A program made the translations under genes and the position numbers. A DNA stretch of 64,000 nucleotides from Octopus vulgaris (taxonomy: Eukaryota), in contig OX597815.1 of the NCBI GenBank assembly GCA_951406725.2, positions 77,128,001-77,192,000 of the forward strand. The letters run 5' to 3'. The notes under the pieces were generated by a model. The model had not been told where the DNA came from and did no database searches. It saw only the letters and a list, made by a program, of their open reading frames with translations. Shown piece after piece: positions 53,609-64,000 of the stretch (position 1 is its first letter; each line of letters begins with the position of its first letter).

Positions 53609-55268
53609 CATATATATATTTACATATATATGTGTGTGTGTATCTGCTGACATACTCTTTTTCTAACAGGGCGATGTTAGAAAAATGACTATCAATACAC
53701 ACTATTTAAAGCCTTGATAAAGTCTAAGAAACCGATGATCAGGAAGACTTAGAATTCTCCATATTTATCGATGAAAATGTCTGAATAAAATTATCTATTC
53801 TGTACAAGTGCTCGGTGCAGATATCAACTTGTTCTTCGTGTAGTACACTGTCTTTCATACATTGCATTCCTTCCGTTTACCGAGTCCTTAATTAGAGTTG
53901 AATTTGTATTTCTTTTGATGTTTCAAAAGTGCTGTATTCCACTGTTTAACTGTTATCCCTTGGTCTTCTAAGCGGAGGAAGAAGGAATGTTATGCTGTTG
54001 TAGATTAAGAAATCTAGAGTGAGAAGTAAGTTTCAGAACATGCGAAAGCAAAACGGTTTCGGAAAATTTTATAGTGGTATAGATGTATGATGATATAGAA
54101 GTATGATGAGCGAGTGACATTCAGTTAACCATATCAAAAGAGCTGGATCTGTTGCTGTTGCGATAGGAACGAGCTTAGGAAGACAAAATTTGATTTGTGT
54201 CCTGCTAGCTCTTTTTACGGAGGAGATACAGAGTGAAAAATGTTTAATAACAAGTGACTTTTTCTTAGATGCAGAATGAAAAATGCTTATCAGCGAGTGA
54301 CTTTTTCTTAGATGCAGACCATTATATATGTGCGCAGAGAGAGTACTAGAAAGGCTATAATCTGGCTGATGCACTAAGAAGAGATTGTTTTTATGAAGAG
54401 TTATCGTCACCGTTACCATGTCACAAAATAAAAATAAAATTATGTAATCAGATCTGTCTGATGCAAGATATATAAATTATAATACTATTCTCTTCAGCCT
54501 ATGATAATATTTTAATTATATTATCTCTATTATTAAACCCATTTTATTATAAACTAATTCTAGTTCTTACTCCAATATCGAAACAGCAAATAACAAATTA
54601 TTCCTTCAATTTCATGTTTACATTAATGTGCCAACCCAGTTTAGCCTTGTTGACAAACTAAGTGCTTATTTTCCTCGCTTCCCTAACTCAGAACATCTGT
54701 TGCACTAACTAGCTTCAAAGATCATTTGTTTATATAATCACATAATTATGAATGTACATCTTTTATTTTGCGCTAAATAAATTTCTGTGAAAATTTGTGT
54801 TTTTCTCAAAACCATACATTTCCTACGTGGCAGACATCAAGATGTTCTGCAGACTATTTGAAGTCAATAAAGTTCACTTAAATTCCTCATGCTTAGAGTC
54901 CCCAAATTATTAAGAATTAAGAAATTGAATGTTACATTACTTAACCATTTCTGAAAGGTTGTATTCGGTTGCAGAACTGATACGACACACCAAAAACAGA
55001 GACACAATCTAATTTCTGATTTGGCCTCCTAACATGGCCTTAGTGTAATGTCTAAAATACACGTTAATGAACTAAAAGAAGGAAATATTTTCCATTCTAA
55101 ATAACTCTCCAAAATACTTTTATAAATTGTGATATACATATGATATAATCGACTATACATGTAAAAGACATAAAGCACACACATTATGTCAAAGCACATG
55201 CGAGCATTCACATATACACATATGAATATATAAATATATATATGTGTATGTGTGTGTGTGCCTGTGTG

Positions 55269-55303
<35 letters not shown>

Positions 55304-55419
55304 CATATATACACACACACACATATATATATATATACATATATATTTATATATTCATATGTGTATATGTGTGTGTGTATATATATGTATATGTATATAT
55401 ATATATGTGTGTGTGTATG

Positions 55420-55451
<32 letters not shown>

Positions 55452-55480
55452 CATATATATACATATATATATACATATAC

Positions 55481-55538
<58 letters not shown>

Positions 55539-56261
55539 TAAAGGAAAAGGAAAACAAAACCAAAGCAGGACAAGTATCTCAGGTCATTTAGAATATTTAA
55601 TTAGAGTAAGGTGAATCAAATACACATATATAAGTATATGTATGTATGTTATTGTCAGGTCGCTCCTGGGCACTATTAGTAACATGTAACCCAGTACAAC
55701 CCGTTGAATGATCGGGTCGTCGGCGACTAAACTGGCAACCCCATCAAGCTTATTTGGTGCGTATGGTGATTGTTGGACATGCTGCAGGCGAAAAAATAAG
55801 ACCTGTCAAAGGGCGGAAGAACTCACGAGCAGTCAACGGCCATCCAACAATATGTGTACGTGTGTATGTATGCATGTATGTATGCATGTATGTATGCATG
55901 TATGTATGCTCGGGACCGTAAAAATACCTGGATAGTGTTCAGGCGCACGGTTGGCACACTAGAAGTGGGAGGTTCCTCTATTGTTACATTTCTCTAGGAG
56001 AGGGAAACCTTAAGAGAAAATTTGCGACACTGACAATATTCGATGATGTAGACTAGTTCTTTTCGAGTTTATGTCGTCCATGTTCAGAGAGTGGGATTGG
56101 ATTAGTGCAAATCCTTTCCCAACTATAAAAAAAATCATCATGCACAGGCATCGCATAAAAAAAAGTAAGGCCTCTCACAAAAATGGCTGGTCGTAGCCTT
56201 CGCATGTGTGGGACTTTCGATCAGGAGATGGCAAAACTCGAACACGAGTTTGCAGTCACCA

Positions 56262-57518
56262 TGTATGTAAGAGCCTCAAAATAACAAAACATGGTACAAG
56301 ACTTCTAATGATTTATTTTTCAACACAGTCCCCCTCGATGGCTGAACACTCTCTCCAGCGGTGCTGAAGCGCCATTATCCCGGAGTATCTTTTGTTTGAA
56401 ACTCCAAGAAACTTCCTACAGCGTCTATGACGTCATTGTCACTGACAAAATGGCGACCAACCAGGGCTTTTGTCCTTTTTGGGAATAGATGAATGTCAGA
56501 CGGTGCTAAGTCTGGCGAATAAGGCGGATGGGAAACAAGTTGGTATCCGCAATCACGAATTGTTGCCACGGCAACCACTGAGGTGTGGGCTGGAGCATTG
56601 TCGTGATCAAAAAGAACTCCTCTGGTGAGCATTCCCGGCTTTTTTTCTTTGATTGCTTCACGGGGGCGTTTCAGTAGCTGAGATTAATACAGCCCTATCA
56701 CGGTGTGACCTTTTTCAAAGTAACTGATCGGCAAGATACCTTGAAAATCCTAAAAAACGGACGCCATGACCTTGCCAGCTGAGAAATTACCCTGGCCTTC
56801 TTTGAGGTAGGAGAAGATGTGTGTTTCTACTGCTTTGATTGTTCTTTGGTTTCAGGCTAGTAGTGATGAACCCAACTTTCGTGCATAGTAATGAAATGAG
56901 CGAGAAAATTCTCTTCATCGGCTTCAAACAGTTCCAGATTGCTCGTGGACAAAGTGCACCTGGTGCGTTTCTGTTCAGGGGTCAAAAGGCGAGGGACCCA
57001 TCTTGCGGAAACCTTTGAGAAGCTAGATTCTTTTGTGAAAATGTTGTCTGCTCTTTCAAATGAGATGCCCAGGCTCTCAGCTACCTGACGACATAATATT
57101 CGACATTATCATACCATACCAAGGTTGTCCTTGGTGGTTGCAGTTGGAGATCTCCCTGGTCTATGATCTTCTTCCACATTCTCCCTGCCACCCTTGAATT
57201 CATTTACCTAACGTTTGACTGTTGCATATGAAGGAGCATCCTCTGTTAAAGTTCTCACCATGTCTTCATGAATTTCTGATGGCGTCTTGCCTTTCACATG
57301 AAGGTACTTTATGACAGCACGATACTCAATTTTCTCTATTTTCCTTGTAACCTCGACGCTTGTTTATTCAAAAATCTGCAACAAAAAAATTTAAATATCA
57401 GAATCATAAAAATGAACCAGAATACTCCGAAAAGATTTACTTACCAGAAAAAATTGTTTCAGCTATCTAGCAGCCCCGTTTCTAGGTTAGGCTCAAAACT
57501 TTTCATATACCCTCTGAT
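56262..57518 (-). mobile_element. Decayed near full-length mariner (DD34D) element
   Basis: Minus strand EYRAVIKYLHVKGKTPSEIH…, HDNAPAH and HPPYSPDLAPSDIHLFP. TIR-like gagggtatatgaaaagttttgagcct at the 57518 end. Confidence 0.88.
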
Positions 57519-57740
57519 ATGTATGTATGTATGTATGTATTTACGTATGTATGTATGTATGTATGTATGTATGTATGTATGTATGTATGTATGTATATAT
57601 GCATGCATGCATGTATGTATGCATATATATATGCATGTATGTATGTTTATATGTATGTGTACATGCAGATATGTATGTACAAATGAATATTTCATTTTGG
57701 GATTTGGTATGCAAGATTCTTTATATGAGTTCGTGTGTTG

Positions 57741-58023
57741 AAGCATATTCTGTTGTGTCTGGGGAGAGTCATTCTCTTTTAGTGCCTTATAATTTAACAC
57801 ACTCACCGGAAAAGCTTCCACTCATATATTTATTTATTTTTCTAAAATTTTCGTGGCGTCTTGCCACCTTTTCAGTAGTTGCTGACTCTGTCCATTATCC
57901 GAACTGCGTTCTTTTTGTTTGTTTGTGCGTATAATTAAATGAGTGGAAATTTTACCGGTGAGTGTGTTAAATTATAAGGCACTAAAAGAGAATGACTCTC
58001 CCCAGACACAACAGAATATGCTT
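57741..58023. repeat. Inverted repeat (arms of about 85 bp) enclosing a hammerhead-like motif (57842-57878, minus)
   Basis: aagcatattctgttgtgtctgggg…ttccactcat / atgagtggaa…cccagacacaacagaatatgctt. Confidence 0.9.
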
Positions 58024-58372
58024 TTACTTGTTTCAGTCATTTAACTGCAGGACTTACTTTTTCAGCCTAGTACTTATTCTATCTGTATCTTTTGCTGAAC
58101 CGCTGCGTTACGGGGACATAAACACACCAACACCAGTTGTCAAGAGGTGATAGGGGTATAAACAGTGACATAAAGGCACACACATGCACACACACATGGA
58201 TCCATACATAAATATACGACGAGCTTCTTTCAGCTTCCGTCTACCAAATCTACTCACGAGGCGTTGGTCTGTCCGAGGCTATAGCAGAAGACACTTTCCC
58301 AAGGTGCCACGCAGTTTGATTGAACAGGAACCATGTCGTTGGTTAGCAAACTTCTTACCACACAGCTACGCC

Positions 58373-58436
<64 letters not shown>

Positions 58437-58529
58437 CATTCATACATACATACATACATATATATAGCGCATATATATACATATATATGCACATATATAT
58501 ACATTTATATTTATATATACATATATATT

Positions 58530-58569
<40 letters not shown>

Positions 58570-59421
58570 TATATATATATATGTATATACATGCATAGAC
58601 ACATATATACATACATGTGTGTGTGTGTGTATGAAGAAATTCGTAGATATGGGCTAATAATTATGGAAACTCACAAATACAAGCGGATGGAAAAATTCTA
58701 CGCTCGTAGTATTTTTCCTTCCCTTATACGTATTTATAATTTCGTGCACATGAATGTCCTGTTTTTTAAAGTTAGCGCATATTTAAATCTATGTAAGCAG
58801 GCATATATTTACATGTGAATACGTATGCTTGCATGTAGATCTGTATAATGGAGGGAGAGCGAGAGAGAGAGAGAGAGAGAGAGTGAGAGAGAGAGAGAGT
58901 GAGTGTGTGTGATTTGTGTCTATGTGTATGTGTGTTTGTATGTATATATGTATATATATAGTACCGAGCCGAATAAATGGGAGGGCTGAAGGACAGGATG
59001 AGAGGAGAGGGAAAAGGCAATGGCAAAGAGTAGGTCGCCATAATAACAATTGCCATTGGTAACCTGATAAATTTTTAGATTGTTTACTTTATACTGTCTT
59101 TCAAAATGGCGAACGTTCTCACGGTTAATAGAGAACCACGCAAAAAGATTAAATAAATATATGAAAAGAATAAAACAATCATAAAATAACCAGTTGTTTT
59201 CTCCTCTTCCCACTGATTTGAATAACAGAATTTGAAGACAAATTTATTTGGTCGGTAACCAATGAAATTTCAATAGATACGTTGTTGGCGTTTCAAAAAT
59301 GAACTTCCGGTGACACTTTCTCTAAGTATATAAAACGAAAGATCTTTTTATAAAGCCACACTGAGACCTAGCGTTGATCAAGAAAATATACATAGCAATC
59401 TCAATATAAACAAATATCAAA

Positions 59422-59494
59422 ATGGACAACTTTTTTGGTACATGGAAGCAAGAAGCTAAACCAGAAAATATGAAAGCTGTCATGGATGCTACCG
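59422..59494 (+). CDS. FABP/iLBP-like gene copy B, exon 1 (remaining exons expected beyond the window)
   Basis: Identical to 11292-11364, including the donor and the TATA region. Confidence 0.85.
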
Positions 59495-59824
59495 GTAAGG
59501 AAAATATTACATTAATATATTTTTATTATATTAGTATATTTGTAGAAGTTTTGGAGGTTTCTTTTTTTATTAAAATATTTCTGTTTTTGGTAGAATGCTC
59601 TTTGAAGTTTTGGTCCTAGGTTAGAGTCACTTTTTTATTAGTCCGTTAAACGGTACAGTGCTCATGACATTTGCATGTCTTCCTAATTTGGTGACATTAC
59701 TGCAGCTGATGGACATTATGATTCCAGCCGGTTAGTGCTTGCAAAGCCAGTCAGAGTCACGATACAAATGCTTTCAACAGAAGGCATGTCTATCTATCTA
59801 TCTTTCTATCTATCTATCTATCTT

Positions 59825-59867
<43 letters not shown>

Positions 59868-59868
59868 G

Positions 59869-59911
<43 letters not shown>

Positions 59912-60263
59912 GTTTATCTATCTGGCTACATGCATATGTAAGTGTGTGTGTGTGTGTGTGTGTATGTGTGTGTATTCTTTTATATTTTTTATCTTTCACT
60001 TGTTTCAGTCATTATATTGCAGCCATGCTGGGGCACCGCCTTGAAAGGTGATCATTCGGTACTAGTAACATAACTGTCACTTATAAACCCACGTGGGTTT
60101 ATTTACATTTCTGAAGAAAAAAGATAACCTTCCCCGAAAAATTTTTAGCTGAATGAATCGATCCCAGCACTTAACTTTTTTGCTAGGCCTGGTACTTATT
60201 CTGTCGGTCTCTTTTGCCGAACTTGGAGTACAATGCTCAGGAATTTTGAATAATGAATATTAT

Positions 60264-60329
<66 letters not shown>

Positions 60330-60331
<2 letters not shown>

Positions 60332-60402
60332 GGAAAACTTTTGTGGCACTTGGAAAAGACAAGGTAAAAGAGAAGATATGCAAACTGTTATGGATGCTAC
60401 CA
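60330..60402 (+). pseudogene. Copy-B duplicate exon 1 (MENFCGTWKRQGKREDMQTVMDAT)
   Basis: Paralog of 12171-12243 with the same ctaagg dead donor. Confidence 0.72.
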
Positions 60403-60903
60403 CTAAGGGCAATATTATGATACTTTATATTTGTAAAGGTTTTTTAAGTATTTTATTTTATTAATGTTTTTTCCTAAAATGCTCAAAACAAGTGTTTTGC
60501 AGCTTAAAGTAAACCTAACCAGATTTTGATCTTGGTTGGAACCAGTCTTATATTTGTCAGTGTGCAGATGGTACAGTACCGAAGGCAATTTGCATGTTCT
60601 TTTCAGTTTGGTGAGGTTACTGTGATTGATGCATAACATGAACTGCAGCCGGACAGTATTTGCAAAAGAAATTAGGAAAGGGAGTTGGCAGGGGTTCTGA
60701 CACGAATTATTGCAACAAAGAATATACCAATCTATCTATCTATCTATTTATCTGATGGGTACAGGTTCGGTTCCCGTAACCGCTTCCTAGCAACCTTTTC
60801 CCGTCTTATAATGGTAAATACCCAATCTTTCTCTGCTGTTCTTACAACTTTACTGCGCTCGAAATTTACTTTTTTGTCTTCTGTAAAATGTGTGTGTGTG
60901 TGT

Positions 60904-60973
<70 letters not shown>

Positions 60974-61111
60974 TGTGTACGTGTGTGCGTGTGCATGCAT
61001 ATACGCTTTATTTTCACACTTGTTTCAATCATTGGACTGCGGCCATATATACGTACATATACACACATGCACATGCACACACACATATACATGGCATGCG
61101 CGCACACACGT

Positions 61112-61143
<32 letters not shown>

Positions 61144-61517
61144 CACAAATACACACACTTTTAGTTTTTTGCTAATTTTAGCATGTGTGCTCTGGTTATA
61201 CTGTGGCATCTCTATCATCCTTGTGACTGGATTTGGTAGATAGAAACTAAAAGAATACCTTCGTATAGATATATTTGTCTGTGTATGTGTATCTATTTGT
61301 GTGTTAGTGTTTGTCTTTGTCCCCCACCATCGCTTGACAACCGATGTTAATTTTTTTACGTCCCCGAAACTAGCGGCTCGGCAAAAAGAGACCGACAGAA
61401 TAAGTACTAGACTTACAAAGAATCAATCCTAGAGTCGATTACTTCGACTAAAACGTTTTAAGGCGGTGTTTCCGGCATGGCCACAGTCTAATGATTAAAA
61501 CAAGTAACAGAATAACA

Positions 61518-61635
<118 letters not shown>

Positions 61636-62034
61636 TTGACATAGCTGTATAATATATATTTCATGATAACATATATTCTCCGATTTTAAGCGACAATTTT
61701 TAAATACAAACAAATGACCGAAAAATTATGAGCTAACCCAACCCAGAATCAAACCCCCAAATCAACGCTTACACGGTTCCTTACGTATCAATGGGGTCAA
61801 ACCCGCACCCATCAATTTCAGCCAAATTTTATGAATATATATTTAAATTCCAAAGGTTTCTTTTTTATTCTTTTTCTGTTTGTTTCCTCGTGTTCCTTTC
61901 TGTTGAAGAGCGTAGGCTCGAAACGTAAAAGACTTTCTCACCTTCCTGAGCGTCAAATTAATACACTTTCCTGTTGTTTATACACCTGTCTTCGTCTATT
62001 GTTTTTCTGTAAATTTCAACTATGTGTGTGTGTG

Positions 62035-62077
<43 letters not shown>

Positions 62078-62251
62078 TATGTGTATACTTTTACAAGGAA
62101 ACGTTGACTATGACTTCGAAGTTTTGGCTTGGTCACCATCATCAAAGTATGACAACTGATAAAAGTATTGAGTTCTCTACTAGAAACTATTGAGTAATTC
62201 TTCAGTTTAAAGTTAAATTGTTTTTATATATAACATGACTTTAAAACAAAC

Positions 62252-62288
<37 letters not shown>

Positions 62289-63801
62289 TAGATGTTATGT
62301 ATAACTTCATATCTTTCTTGTCTTTGCTACCAGGAGTATTTTGAACTATGCCTTGTCCCTTACCTTTTGCATAGAGGCAATTTCCTCAGTTTAGCAGCGT
62401 TGAACTGCTTTGATCTCTGCTGTCAGTTTTAGTGTACACAGCGACCATAATTGAAAACAATAATCTAGATCACTTAGAACATCCACCACACGACTAATAT
62501 GGTTTCTTGTTCTACGTTTTAAATCATCCTAGAAACCATCCCGCCATCTACACCGTTTTCAGGCAAGAGTAGGATAATTACCTGACGACCACGTGGGTCA
62601 ATAGTTTGCTGTCAATTAATAAATAGAATAGGTACCATTCAATCACTTTGCTCGAGGATGGGGATATAATGCTGTTAATACAGTTCCACCCACTAGTCGT
62701 CTGCACGTTGTTACCATCTGGAAAATTCTCACATGCAACTATACATCATTACTCCCCTTGATCCCTAGGTCACACACTGATTGTGATTCAAGGACTGCAG
62801 TCTCTCCTGGCTGCGGATATTAGTAGCAATGCGTTAGAGGGCTGATAGTGACATTTTTTGTAATTTTCCGTACTGTTTTCTTCAAATCACTTGCATATTG
62901 TTTGAGCCCTTTCGTTAAGTAGAACATAATGAATTTTAAGGTGTATTAGGCCATAAATTTATGAAAGCACTTAATGATGCAAATCTCGGGATTAAAGTAG
63001 TTGAGAAAGAAGGAAACCCATCAGATCACAATAAGACATACTCTGTCGATAGGACCACCATATTAATAGATCAAACCTAAAACTAGGAATATGATATATA
63101 AGATAAAATGCATAGCGGGTGAATGTTGGAACTCTATCACATCTTGCAAAGGGAAACCGCGCACAATTTGGCTGAAAAGATGGAGGTCACTGGCAAAAAT
63201 ATAGAGATAGAAAACCCACATTAGTCTCTACCAATATGACGACACACTGAATAATATAATAGTCATAATTATATCGACATATCTATATGACGATACATGA
63301 CGACAGATACATGAAGCTATACATATAAGAAATCGTTAGCCAATACTTAACGTAAAATGCAAAATATCAATGAGCTCCACCACTACCACCACCACTAATA
63401 CTCGAACATAATCCTGCAGCATCACCACTCTATCACAGCTATATGAAGACGCGTGTGTGTCAGGTACACATGACTCCCTGTGCCATGGATGCATGCGAGT
63501 AAGCATATGAATCCAAATATGATATTGATAGACATGGTGCCAATCAGGTACCATACTAGAAGTGGTTAAACATTCTCTTCTCCCCCACTTCCTAGCCTTG
63601 TACCTATGTTGGCATGATTCGTATAACCTAAGGCATATTAGAAATGTATTTATAAATAGTAGATTATGTATTCGTGAGCGTAATACATATTTAGAAGAAT
63701 TAGCAATGATCACACTACCACTATCTGACACAGATACATATGCCCTGGCATCACTATATCGTTGGGTGGATACATGTGAGTCTTAGCAGGTGTGCGTATG
63801 A

Positions 63802-63886
<85 letters not shown>

Positions 63887-64000
63887 CATACAACCAGCCA
63901 ACCATGGAAATAGAAATACAATGTGTCCAAAAGAAAAGGGCGAAGGACCATCATATACGCACACTTATATACGCATAACCTTAAATTTTATAAAAAGAAG

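Overview
AT-rich eukaryotic (animal) genomic DNA, very rich in microsatellites and transposon relics. The repeat make-up suggests a cephalopod such as Octopus (inference). Almost all short ORFs in the supplied track are microsatellite artefacts. One host gene can be reconstructed: a 4-exon, 140-aa FABP/intracellular lipid-binding protein gene (exons 11292-11364, 21156-21337, 21540-21650, 24451-24507). It lies in a recent tandem segmental duplication (1-15876 matches 41643-64000), so exon 1 of a second copy appears at 59422. The window also holds a near-intact Neptune-type Penelope-like element (PLE, about 35530-40471) and fragments of at least three other PLE lineages. Other repeats are non-autonomous Helitrons (one carrying a captured ORF fragment), mariner and Chapaev3-like transposase relics, RLE/CR1/RTE LINE relics and tRNA-derived SINEs. 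The most notable signal is a set of minimal type I hammerhead-ribozyme-like motifs at PLE ends. One is canonical and the others are non-canonical: an A3-U8 compensatory core, a recurring 8-nt CUGUNGAA core, a roughly 100-nt stem II, and a CUGAAAAG core. There are also two PLE-into-PLE chimeras, one of which removed about 6.3 kb upstream of the FABP promoter in one duplicate. All structures were folded and aligned by eye.
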